Below are positions 24,869 through 38,000 of a stretch of DNA of 64,000 nucleotides, in pieces. The notes under the pieces are model-generated. The model searched no databases, had not been told where the DNA came from, and saw only the letters and a list, made by a program, of their open reading frames with translations. Numbering within the stretch: the first letter of the stretch is position 1; each line of letters opens with the position of its first letter. The position numbers and the translations under genes were made by a program. Location of the stretch: contig OZ037767.1 in the NCBI GenBank assembly GCA_964035545.1, positions 13,563,801 to 13,627,800 on the forward strand, read 5' to 3'. This DNA comes from Bugula neritina. Taxonomy: Eukaryota > Animalia > Bryozoa.

Positions 24869-27800
24869 TCATAAATGAGTAAATAGCATTGAATAAAGAT
24901 TGCCGTAAGTATACTTTGCTGGGATCAGTCCATCACGCTTGCAACGAAATCTAACATAAGGCAAATTTCTAGACAACAACCACAGAGATGAATGCTTCTT
25001 TTCTTCCATTCTAAAAACTTCCTTCTTTTCACTGCTAGTAGCTGGTGTCTTACCATAATTAATAGCAATTTTTGATGAAGAACGAGATAGTTTTACAATA
25101 TCAAAGCAGTCCTCAATTTTGATTGGCGGAGAGTCATGAGAAAGCAGACGTCCAGGATGAGATCTGACCAATGAGGGTTGAGTAGAAGAATAAGTATAAC
25201 TATTAGAGTTACTCTGAGTAAACACATTGCAGGTATTCAGTCTGCAAATGACAACATCTGGAAAATGTGTCTGCAGTAGGCCGCAAAGATATAGCTGAGT
25301 TTCCTCTAACTTTTTCTTTTCAGATAGAGTGAGTGAATGAGCCACCCCTCTTGATAACAATAGAATACTGCTGACACAATCCTGCAACAGAAAAGAAATG
25401 GAATCATTGAAACCCAAAAATAAAGGCACATATTATATGAGCTTTTTGAAGATGGGTGGGTGGTGTGGAAAAACAACCTCTACTACTATAAGGGAAAGCA
25501 GCTTCAAAATCAACATGATTATTGAAAAGTATTAAAAATTGCAACCCTTAAAAATTATCTTCTTCACCACTAGTGGTGCCAATTTCATAGCTTTCCTGTG
25601 AACTGGTTGAGAAGATAACTTCCCAAAACTATTGTTTCTTTTATATACACAACTAAAGAATATCCAAATATTACCATCGGACAAAACTTTGTACAAATAT
25701 CAATTAAAACTTCTGAGACATTACAAAAACAAAACTATTGCATAATATCTTTTAATAAATTAGCTGCTGGGCTGCCGGAAAGAGGGAAGGAGGGCCGGTT
25801 GTCATGAATAAGTTCTCAATCTAAGATAAGATTTTAAGGATTTCAAACATAACTAAAAACAATGCAATACCAGCAACTCTTACAAGATATTATTGTAATG
25901 TAAAAATGATCAGAACTCAGATACCATAATACCTAACATATCAAGGTGAAGTTCAGACATACTCTGAGGTGAAGGTGAGTAGGATGAATAAAACACTCAC
26001 AAATATAATAGACTGAGCGCATGAAATAGAAACTTGCTGTTGTGGGGTGGCAGCGACGAGCTGTTCGAATAGTTGAGTAATATGGACCTCTGACAGTTCA
26101 AGTAAAGTCTAAATAACAACATAACAAACACATACATTAACACAGTAAAATATACACTACATGATGCTGTATTAGCACCAGTTTTCTTGTCATATTTCCC
26201 AATTTACAGTGTGAGATGATAACTGTATAGTATACTATACACACTACTACATAATTTACATTAACATAAATTACACATAAAAAACTCATGCAAGTTTATA
26301 GTCGCTTTCTCTGTGAGAAAACCCTGATGGAAAAGGTTTATGTTAGAACAGGCAAAGGACTTATTTAAATGAGGTACAGGAGCAATTATGACTGGATGCT
26401 CTTCCTAACATCACCAATGGTTTTTACCAGGGCTCGAACTCAGACCTCGTGTTTACTAGGCAAACGCTCTAACCCCTAGACCACGGCTGCTTGCATAAAT
26501 TATACATACTCGATGAAAATTGTGTGAAAATGTACCAGATTAGACTATATAAATCCTACTGCTGCAATATAATATAAAGTATCTTAGAGTAATAACACTT
26601 ACTAGGGGATGTAAAGCTGTAGTGACAAGCAAAAGAGCACCTGTGAGTGATTGTGATTGGTCAGAAGTTACACTGACATCCTTAGCAGGTGTTTGCAAGG
26701 TGCCACTAGTATAGGTGCTGATGCACTGTGTAGATGTGGCAAGGAGAGTCTGATGGTAGTGAGTTGACACCTTGGAGTCAACACACCTGTAGAAAATACG
26801 TAGAAGTATGAACTACCTAGTAGACTGATATATAGTAGTATAGACTAACTAGTATACTGATATATAGTAGTATAGACTAACTAGTAGACTGATATATAGT
26901 AGTATAGACTAACTAGTATACTGATATATAGTAGTATAGACTAACTAGTAGACTGATATATAGTAGTATAGACTAACTAGTAGACTGATCTATAGTAGTA
27001 TAGACTAACTAGTAGAGTGATATATAATAGTATAGACTAACTAGTAGACTGGTATATAGTAGTATAGACTAACTAGTAGACTGATATATAGTAGTATGAA
27101 CTAACTAGTAGACTGATATATAGTAGTATAGACTAACTAGTAGACTGATATATAGTAGTATAGACTAACTAGTAGACTGATATATAGTAGTATAGACTAA
27201 CTAGTAGACTGATATATAGTAGTATGAACTAACTAGTAGACTGATATATAGTAGTATAGACTAACTAGTAGACTGATATATAGTAGTATAGACTAACTAG
27301 TATACTGATATATAGTAGTATAGACTAACTAGTAGACTGATATATAGTAGTATAGACTAACTAGTAGACTGATATATAGTAGTATAGACTAACTAGTAGA
27401 CTGATATATAGTAGTATAGACTAACTAGTAGACTGATATATAGTAGTATAGATTAACTAGTAGACTGATATATAGTAGTATAGACTAACTAGTAGACTGA
27501 TATATAGTAGTATGAACTAACTAGTAGACTGATATATAGTAGTATAGACTAACTAGTAGACTGATATATAGTAGTATAGACTAACTAGTATACTGATATA
27601 TAGTAGTATAGACTAACTAGTATACTGATATATAGTAGTATAGACTAACTAGTAGACTGATATATAGTAGTATAGACTAACTAGTAGACTGATATATAGT
27701 AGTATAGACTAACTAGTAGACTGATATATAGTAGTATGAACTAACTAGTAGACTGATATATAGTAGTATAGACTAACTAGTAGACTGATATATAGTAGTA

Positions 27801-30800
27801 TGAACTAACTAGTAGACTGATATATAGTAGTATAGACTAACTAGTAGACTGATATATAATAGAATAGACTAACTAGTAGACTGATATATAGTAGTATAGA
27901 CTAACTAGTAGACTGATATATAGTAGTATAGACTAACTAGTAGACTGATATATAGTAGTATAGACTAACTAGTAGACTGATATATAGTAGTATAGATTAA
28001 CTAGTAGACTGATATATAGTAGTATAGACTAACTAGTAGACTGATATATAGTAGTATGAACTAACTAGTAGACTGATATATAGTAGTATAGACTAACTAG
28101 TAGACTGATATATAGTAGTATAGATTAACTAGTAGACTGATATATAGTAGTATAGACTAACTAGTAGACTGATATATAGTAGTATGAACTAACTAGTAGA
28201 CTGATATATAGTAGTATAGACTAACTAGTAGACTGATATATAGTAGTATAGACTAACTAGTATACTGATATATAGTAGTATAGACTAACTAGTATACTGA
28301 TATATAGTAGTATAGACTAACTAGTAGACTGATATATAGTAGTATAGACTAACTAGTAGACTGATATATAGTAGTATAGACTAACTAGTAGACTGATATA
28401 TAGTAGTATGAACTAACTAGTAGACTGATATATAGTAGTATAGACTAACTAGTAGACTGATATATAGTAGTATGAACTAACTAGTAGACTGATATATAGT
28501 AGTATAGACTAACTAGTAGACTGATATATAATAGAATAGACTAACTAGTAGACTGATATATAGTAGTATAGACTAACTAGTAGACTGATATATAGTAGTA
28601 TAGACTAACTAGTAGAGTGATATATAGTAGTATAGACTAACTAGTAGACTGTAGAGTGTAATCTGTAGATTGACTGTAGACGAACAATCAACACATCTCA
28701 CCTGCGTAGACACTTGGACAGAATGTTGACTGCATGCAGCTGGTAGTCCATGTGTTCCACAGGACTCACCTCTTTCCATTTACTCAGACAGATCTCGTTG
28801 ACTAGAGTGTTTATTATGATGTCCATCTACAGCATTGAGAGATGCCATGCGCTGCACAACACTTACTTGTGATTTGTAATAATTTGAAGGGTTTACATAT
28901 ATGTAGATAAGATACTGGTTCATTAGGTTGAATCTTTTATTATATGGTTAAAATAAGTGGGAGGAGCTTCCAATTTAAATAACTATCATAATTATTACGA
29001 CACACTTTCAACTACCTCCACACTGAGTGTAAGATTTGGTAACACTATAAATACTAAAAATCGTTGAAAGAAAAAAACCAGAGTATTAATACTTTGTACA
29101 ATACCTGTGCAGAGGTGAGGTGAGTAGTGTTGTTGTTTGTAAGAGCATCCAGTAGATCTAGGGCTATACGCAGCTGACGAAACCTGAGGCTACTGCATGC
29201 TTCTTCTACCTGTTGTAATGACATCATCAAATTAGTGATAAATGTGTCAACTGGTGACAGACAAGTCAAGTGGTTGCAGACATTTGGGTGCCAAATAGTA
29301 AACATGTCAAATAGCAACAGGTGTGTCAAGTAGCAACAGGTATGTCAAATAGCAACATGTGTGTCAAGTAGCAACAGGTGTGTCAAGTAGCAACAGGTGT
29401 GTCAGGTGGTAGTAAGAACATATGTAAAAACCGCAAACATGATAAATAATATCAATAAACATACCCATTTTTGTATCCATAGCAACAGCTGAAGTTGAAC
29501 ATGGCCAATGTTGGAGTTACGAATCACATCAGCTAAAGCCATCTGAAATTAGAATAGAAGTGCAAAACAACAAAACAGCATAAAAGTTATATTGTCAATT
29601 TACGGGTTATTATTCAAGCAATTTTAGTAGAAACTATGAACTTACAACGTAAAGAAATGATACTTGAACCTTGAAATAGCACAGTGAATGTCAGGATGGT
29701 GAATTGCAATAAGCAGAGTTATGACGTACCAAACCGAATGGTTCGAATAGCCTACTATTTTAGAGAGGAGATAACTTACAATGTAATTGATGTAATTTAA
29801 TAAAAATAAACGTTCAACAATCTACATGACAGCCATTTCTAGATAATTTTACAAATTTTCCGGTTTGGTGTGAGGCATGAAGTGACATAAAGGCATGCAC
29901 TTACCTTTCTTACGGCAGCATCGGGGTCAATCACAGACTCTGTGATGGCTGTGAAGTATGCTGACAGAGTTGGGGTCAGTGTAAGGTTGGGAGATGATTT
30001 GTTGAGATACGGCAGCAAATAACAAGCTACAACAGGCAGCAATTAGGATGAGAGACTCGAAATAAGGTTACACAGCTATATAATGGTCAATTTTATTATA
30101 CGTGAGGGTAAATTATCTTATAAATGCATTGAGTAAAGTTGAATGCCTTATTGATACCTTACTAATATTTTACTGATTCATTTTTCAACACTTATGTTTC
30201 ATTGCACTATACGTACATAGGAAAATAGCATGTTGGCAATAGAAGTTTAAAGCCTTACATAATCAATCTGCTAAATAGTGTGTAATGAACCCTTTCAGTA
30301 CAGAACTGGTTAACCTAAAAGAGGAAACCATGGATAGTTAGCTTACCAATAACCCACTACCCTGTAACCCTATACTATAAATGGGAGCCATTTCCCAAGT
30401 TGTTACACTAGACTAACTGATTGTAGCATGAAATGTTTTACTGAGTAATACCCTTTGATCTATAATAAAATGAAGGATAGTCAAGGTAGAAAAGTTTGAG
30501 CTCGTTTGTCTGGCTTACATGTAAAAGTTTTATAACAGACTGTTTTGTGAATACAGAAAACGAAAGTGCTCATCTCTGACCTTCATGTGACATTGAAGAT
30601 TGAGGCGCAACAGAAAGTTTCTCAGTGCTCGAGTTTACAACAGAAGACAACTCTACAGGCACGTCTTTAGGGAAAAACATAGAGAGAGACGGGGCATACA
30701 GATACTCCTCGATACCATTTCTCTCATCATGATGGGTGGTTGGTCTACCAAGAGGGGCAACTCCTGAGAGAGGATTTATGTTCGGCGTTACATTAGCATC

Positions 30801-31614
30801 CCTGAGGGCATGAGATATGTCTGCTATGGTGAGGGTGGTGCGAGGACACTGCTTCATGTACTGTGTAGCTTCCTGCGAGAAACACAAAGCATATCTTACT
30901 GGTGGACATGTAAACAGACATTACTTTTTATACTGAATATGATTTAAAGAATTAGGGCAATGTTTAATATAATAATAGAAGCAACACTATAGTTCTTTTT
31001 CTAACAATTTATTTTATTGAAAGAGATTTTCATTTTTAAACTTTTACTTTGAAGCTGAAATTTTGTTCGGTAGATCAGGTAAAACGGCTAGGTGCAGATA
31101 AAATAGACAGTTCAATGCAAAATTCTCCTGAATACAATAAAAACCAGTTCATGACTGCTAAAATTGACTGTATGTCACGAAATTGAGATTTATTTTATAT
31201 ATATTGCACTATTTTATCTTTGAGCCGATAATAGGTGAAGAAAACTGCCTAATTAACACAATGCAATGCAGTTACATAGAAATTATTTCCTACATTGCAC
31301 AACCTGCATGCTTTTAATAGCAATGATGTTTTCATGGCATGTTTTGCAGAAATATTTACAAATACTATGACGAGCCCTATAGGTTGACAACACATGGTAA
31401 ATGAACAGCACAGCAGCTGAATAATTCTATTGGAACTTACGGATACAAGCTCTCTGAGTCTATAATTGACATCTTCAGTTAGAACGCGCACCACATCGTC
31501 TGCTAGATCATGACCTCTGCTCTCAGCAAACATTTTAATAGTAGCTGCTGATACTAGGAGATACTTTCGCTCATTTTCAGTTGCAGAAATCGAGCGCTTT
31601 AGGCGATCAGCCAT
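24869..31614 (-). CDS. TAF6L: TAF6-like SAGA/PCAF histone-fold subunit, 9 exons
   Basis: N-terminal H4-like fold IKMFAESRGHDLADDVVRVLTEDVNYRLRELVSEATQYMKQCPRTTLTIADISHALR matches recalled TAF6L; phase-consistent GT-AG exons through the HEAT-like region to the stop at 24869. Confidence 0.85.
26300..26492 (-). mobile_element. tRNA-derived SINE, family B
   Basis: A box gtggtctaggggttaga, B box gagttcgagccc; 3' part ctctgtgagaaaaccctgatggaaa shared with ~57032. Confidence 0.75.
26817..28650. repeat. 32-bp satellite (ctagtagactgatatatagtagtatagactaa, ~57 units) filling a TAF6L intron
   Basis: Homogeneous tandem array with recurring variant units. Confidence 0.97.
29316..29404. repeat. ~19-20 bp tandem repeat (tagcaacaggtgtgtcaag)
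   Basis: About 4-5 units in a TAF6L intron. Confidence 0.85.
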
Positions 31615-32544
31615 TCCTAAGTATAGCAAACTTTATTGTAACTTAGTGTCACTCAACTAAAATAACAAACGAGACAAAAACAATAAAACTTAATGATTAA
31701 CTTAATTTTATCATCAAAAGATGAAACTTAATATAAAATTGAATATGTTTGAGGAAGAAAATCATTATATTACAATAATTATAAAGACCGTTATCAATTC
31801 ATCCTGTTTTAAGTTCATATTTATTGAGTAATTGATAATGATTGATTGTGATTATTACTACCACAAACAGAATCACTTCATCAAGAGACTCTCACTCTAC
31901 AGAGTGCAGACTTCACTTTCTACAATTACTGACAATCAATATGAATATCATGGAGGTAGGTGTAGCAACTGTGATTTAAAAAAAAGAAGTTATAAAACAA
32001 GTTTTTTTTTTAACTTTTCAGGTTTACCTTTAGGTTGGGTAGTTAGGCTACGATTGAACTTTAACTTGAGTCTTAAACTTCAAGTTGAAGCTTACAAAAC
32101 GAAAATGAAAAGCTAAACTTAAACTCAAACTAAAAATAAAACTTAAACTTAAACTTAAAGTAAAAGCAAAGAAACTTAAATTTTCTATGCAGAGAAAGCT
32201 TGCCCGTTAATTTAAAAATCAAAATATTCAATTTCCAACAAAATACCAATGTCATAATCACAATGATACCTGACATGTAAATTATACATAATTATAATAA
32301 TATTAATAATGAAATTTTAAAGTTATAGTTTGAACTAGAATTCTGAATTCAACACTCCACAATAAAGGAATAAGCGTAAAAACGTAAATACTACAACAGC
32401 TAAGACATTATAACCCAAATTTTTCCAACATCTAGCAACCAAAAGATTACGTTGAACTTAATAATAAACTTCGATAGTGAATTCGCTTAGTGAACTTCAT
32501 CATTAATAGAAAACTGAAACTTAGGCTTAGAATCAAGGACATAA

Positions 32545-32725
32545 AAAATCGCTAAAAACAGCAAAATATTGGGAGTCATTGCGTGCAGTGTTTGCTTAGA
32601 CATCGCTGTGCTACCTCCAAACTTCCAACTCCGAACTTGGTACCCTCGAACCACTGCACCCAGTGACCAGGAGCTTTGTGCTGCGTCGAGCAATTTCCGA
32701 CGGCATGCGCTTCTACTTTTTCGTT
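32545..32725. promoter_or_regulatory. CpG-rich divergent promoter region for TAF6L and URB2
   Basis: Only CpG-dense patch between the two head-to-head genes; NRF1-like gcatgcgc near 32703. Confidence 0.55.
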
Positions 32726-33399
32726 TAATTGATTATTTATTTATCATTTATTCATTATGATATTTCATTATCATATCTGATATTTGTTCGTTTATTTATT
32801 ATTTTGTTATTATTTTTTATTTTTAAATGAATTTATGAAGTAAAAAATAAATAAGAAGTTGGCTTTTTAAGTTTTAGGCAAGTGTCAATTAATATTAAAT
32901 ATTAAATTAAAATTAAATTAATAATTTTATTATAAAATCTGATAGTGATAGTGATACTCATATTGAGTCTGATAGTGATACTCAAACTCATACTGATAGT
33001 GATAGTTATACTAATACTGATAGTGATACTCATAGTTATAGTGATAGTGATATTTATAATTCATATGATATTGATATTCATGAATCGTATTGATATTGAT
33101 ATTGAATTTGATATCATTATCATTATGATTATTTATAATGATATTCACATATTCATATTGTGATATTCCTTATGACTTATCCCTATCGAGCTATCAGTAT
33201 CACTATCAGTGTCACTGTCAGTATGTGTATAACTATCAATATCACTATCACTATGACATTGACTGATTGAGGTTGACTATGGATATCCATATAGTATACC
33301 TATTCACTTTCAATATAGCCATAACTATAAGTACTCATGTTCAATATTTATATTGTTCACTTGAAGTTATTGTTAAACTTTAAGTTAACTTAAAATTAA

Positions 33400-34330
33400 T
33401 CAGGTGTATGGATCGAAATACTGATACTCAAGGCTAAGCTTACTAGAAGTGATCATCACACTTGACTGCCCTAGAGGAAGGAAGGGGTTTGCTGCATTTG
33501 GGTAATATGTTGGACAGTCATTAGTAAATAGTCATACAGTTAGTATTGGTTGGGTTGTATTGACTGAACAGGACATAATCCTGTCTATGTGGGGATCTCT
33601 GAGTTATTGCTTTGATTGTGACAAATTTTCAGATCCTGGATAGTTTTATGTTCACTGAGGTTTATTTCCAACTGAATAAAAACCACACTGGTATGTGTGC
33701 GTATTATAAGTGACAAAAGACCAATAACATTAAATACATGGGTGGAGCCAAGATGTAACAGATAGACCTTGAAAAAACTTTTCAGTTACTTGGTCCTGTT
33801 AGCACCCACTGATCGCAGCTGTCCCCTGGCTTGGGCGCAAGTCTGTATAGTGCTATAGTTGGTTTGTTCAGCAGGTCATCATAGAGAGCTGAGAGCCAGA
33901 TGTTCTTCTTTTGCCAGAATCTTTATAAGGAGATTAACATTTAATACGTCTGGTTCTCCTTTGTTTAAGGGACTGTAGGCAGAGTTTCTTCACGGCACTT
34001 TCATCATCTTCACAGCCTTTAATATTAGCTATGAATCAGACTGCATCCACTTGTATCTTTTCTAAGCCAGAAATATCCTTCTTGCAGGTCCCAAGCTGCA
34101 CCTGCATATTCAAGGTGTGGTAGACACAAGGCTTTGTATGCAATCAATAATGCTCATTCGGGAGCCCAGTAGAGAGCTCTTCTAATCATGCCCAATTATC
34201 TTCTAGCATTTAGTATTTTATTTGATATATGTTTGTTGAACCTGCAATCTGATTGCAGTGTGACACTTCCTTACACATTACCTCAGTCATCAGTCTTGGC
34301 TCATAGAGATGGTCATATTCATTGGCATTG
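33400..34330 (-). pseudogene. Decayed, 5'-truncated CR1-type LINE (RT C-terminus plus 3' UTR)
   Basis: Minus-strand translation VTLQSD..FNKHISNKILNARR*LGMIRRALYWAPE*ALLIAYKALCLPHLEYAGAAWD..LEKIQVDAV*FIANIKG aligns with the ORF2 C-terminus at 1811-2360, with stops and frameshifts. Confidence 0.88.
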
Positions 34331-35074
34331 CTAACTCTCACTCTGTCTGTAAACCTAAGGCTAATAACTATGAGTAATGACTAATCACTAATGAGTAATC
34401 AGTAAATGTAAATTAAAATTGTAATGATTATGATAATTTTCAGTCTTAGATTTTTTTATAATTTCATTTCATTTCTATAAGTATAATAGAATGATCTATT
34501 AATATTAGTATTAGTGAATTACTATAACTATTGGTATTAGACTTAGTGCTAATATTACACTCCAGTTCTAGACTCCCAGTGACACTAGACTTAGACTATC
34601 AATAGTCTTAGATTGAGAGTAAGAGTGAGAATTAAAATAAGAGACAGGTGAACTGATCATTATCATGAGGATCAAAATGCCAATTCATTTTCAATTCATA
34701 ATATTATATAATTAATTGACTTACAGTTACACTTTAAAGTAGAGGTAGTCAGTTACTCTTAGTGTTACACTTACAGTTACAGCTATGCTATTCCAGTAAT
34801 TGTTACTTTAACTTGAAATTAGAGTTAAGACTCTTATACTTTATACTTTGAGTTATAGCTTGGAATACTAATAACTAGTGCGTAATTTGGAATAAATAGT
34901 TGTTACTCGTACTTATAGTAGTAGCAGTAGTTGCAATTTACAATATATTTTCTATGTGACTTCATGTTATTGTTCTTTATTGCAGACTCCATTTTTTTAA
35001 ATTAAACACAAATTGATTATAATGAACATGCACATGTTCCGTAGAGCAGTAGTCAGTAGCTGGTAAAAAGTACC

Positions 35075-38000
35075 ATGAGTGGAGTATCTGCACTGAGAGA
35101 CCGAACTCTCTCTTGGAGTGTTCGGCTGGAGAAAGCCAATCAGATGCTTACAAACTCAGCTGCTCTTCCCTATATACCCAGAAGAGAACAGGTTCTTATA
35201 GACTGGCTGCTCTTTGCTATACACTCCAGCTCATCCAAAAGGTACTGACAGTAACGTGGGTGGTCGAATATGTGTATGTATGTATGTCAGATTTGGCTTT
35301 CCAAAATATTGATTTTGCATTTACGTTATTTTGGAATAAATAGACCTGGTATCAGCTGATGCAAAATTATTTTGTGATAGACCGTAAAAATTAAACTCCT
35401 GCATTGAAAATTTTATTGAGAAAGTAGAAATTTTTACAATCTGATTGCTTGAGTATAAATTCTTTGATTTTCTAGTTATATAGTACTTTTGTATAATGGA
35501 ACTGCTTCAGAGTTTTAAAATCTGCTTAGCATAGAAATATGTTTACCACAAAACTGAATACTGTGATATGGAATGGTATAAAATATTCCAAGAAAAAATT
35601 TATAATGTGTAAATTATATCTTAAAAGTTGTTGTTCTCATTAAAAATAATGTGTTTAAATAACTTTTTCATGAAACTTTTAGTAAAATTTGTATTTGCCT
35701 ACATGTTTTTTTTACGATCATAGTGTTGGCGAAGTATGGACGACACAGGAAACTCGTTCTGCTTGGATTTTATTGGCTAATATATTTGATGGAGGTGAAA
35801 TTAGAAGACTCTCAGAGGCTGGTGAAAGCATTTTGATTCCCCTGCGTTTCTATGATGCAAGTATTACTGCTGATTGTATGTTTTGCCATCTCTAGTTTAT
35901 TGTCAAGCAAACTACATGAGTTTGAAATTGATTACGAGGGGTTTGACTACGCTCAGAAGTTTAATGGCGCTGCAGCTAGTTAATAGTGGAAGCTATGGAT
36001 GGTTGACAGTCGGTAAAAATAGTTTTTGTCAACTCGATGGAATTTTGTAGGTGTTTAGCTATTTTGGGTTCAATGTATAATATTTGGCATAAACTGTTTA
36101 AGATCAGCAATGCCCATCCCCAGCACGAATTAAAAAAGTGTAGTCGCTATGCTGGAGCTGAACTCCCTGATGGCTTGCCGCGGCTGCTGATGGTGGAGTG
36201 TGTATAAATCTGGTTGGATAATGTAAGGTGCTATTAGATTGAGATTAGTAAAATGGTAGCAGGAGTTGAATGTGTGTAGTCACTGTAGTGTAATGAAAGT
36301 AATGGAAGAGCTAAGCAGTGATGGGGGTAGTGTTTAACTTCTTATTGTATTTGCACTAATCACCTGTGTCCACCTGCAGGATATAATGACAGCTCTGACA
36401 GGCAGTGACATTGACACAAGCCGACAAGTGCTCTCTTGTCTCAAGTCTCTCTCCACTCTGCCATGTTTCAAAACCTTTTCTTACCTGTCTATTGAGACTC
36501 TGGTGAAGTTAGTCAGTTCCTGCTGCCACTTTGCGGAGAAATCCGACGCGCTGACTCAACTCTACACCAACTACATTTGCTGTGACGAAGGTGATGCTGA
36601 CAAACGCTGCCAAAGTACTTCCTGTGCTGCGGCGCTGCTGCTCTCTACTTGTGTCACGGTGCTCTTGGAAAGGATAAGTCAGCAGGCTAAAGGAAGATCT
36701 TTGTCTTTGCCGGTAAGTTTCATCATATTTTTGTGCCTCTTTGAGAAGTTTACTGCTCTCTGGTGGTTTTATACCTTTACAGAACTTTATACTTGCTAGA
36801 CATGGTACATGATGAAGAAAATGGAATATTTGAGTTCAGGAGAGAAAATTCTGTTTCACACGATATCAAATTGCATTTTACTAATACCCTTTTGGACGGT
36901 TTTTTCCTACACGTATAATAAAATATGTTTGTTACAGTCTAGAACCACTGCAGTGTCTAAGCATGTATTGTTCAAGATTTTCAATGATACAAAAAATGCT
37001 AGTACATCTTCAGGCAATGACTGTACTTGTAGTTGTCCCACTCTAATAAATAGTTGCATATACTAGTAGTTGGGGGTGTGTCACTTTGTAACTGTACAAG
37101 GCTAAGGAAAGCTAAGGCTAAGTTTTTCTCCACCCAGCATGTTAAGTTATTGATAGAAACTACATTTATCCTGGTCACCTACAGTGGGAGAGCAGAACTG
37201 TGCAGGCTATAACCAAATGCATACAAGCTTTAAAACTGGAAACACAACTCCTTAAAAATAAAACTGTAAACAGCAGAAAGTTTAAGCACTGGTATCTGTG
37301 AATGTGTATTTATTGAGGATATGTCATGGGATTTTATCTCTATTCAATGACATAGATTCTGCTGAAAATTGCCAAGAGCCTTCTAGGTTCTCACGTCCTT
37401 GCTAACCCAGTGTTTACTAACCTGAGTGAAAATAGGTCAAGTCCTGTGGGCAGCTTATTGGCTAAAACTACGCTCGACCTGCTAGTCAACAAGTGAGTTA
37501 TATTATACAGTATATTGTATAGTATATCATACAGTATATCATATAGTATATCATACAGTATATCGTATAGTATATCGTACAGTATATCGTACAGTATATC
37601 GTACAGTATATCGTACAGTATATCGTACAGTATATCGTACAGTATATCGTATAGTATATCATACAGTATATCATACAGTATATCATATAGTATATCATAC
37701 AGTATATCATATAGTATATCATATAGTATATCATACTTTATATGTTATAATGTGTTCCACAGATCTACTGTAAAGCATTTCGACAAGTATGTAAAGATAA
37801 AATCTGCTGGAACTCCCAAGTGCAACGGAAAGAGGAAATCTGCAGATGACTCAACACCTGCCGCTAAGAGGGGTTCTGCAGCCACCACACATCATGTGAC
37901 TAAGGAAAAGTCTGGAGACAACAATACTGTGGAACATCTCAACTTTGTTGGAGTTATATTCTCTGTGTTAGAGGCCGGAATTAAAGATACTGACGTAAGT

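Noticed and set aside
26817-28650. Possible CRISPR-like array (32-bp units)
   Set aside because: No unique spacers, eukaryotic intron, no cas genes.
32580-32710. Structured ncRNA in the GC-rich patch
   Set aside because: No recognisable snRNA, SRP or RNase P/MRP motifs; simpler to read as promoter or 5' UTR.
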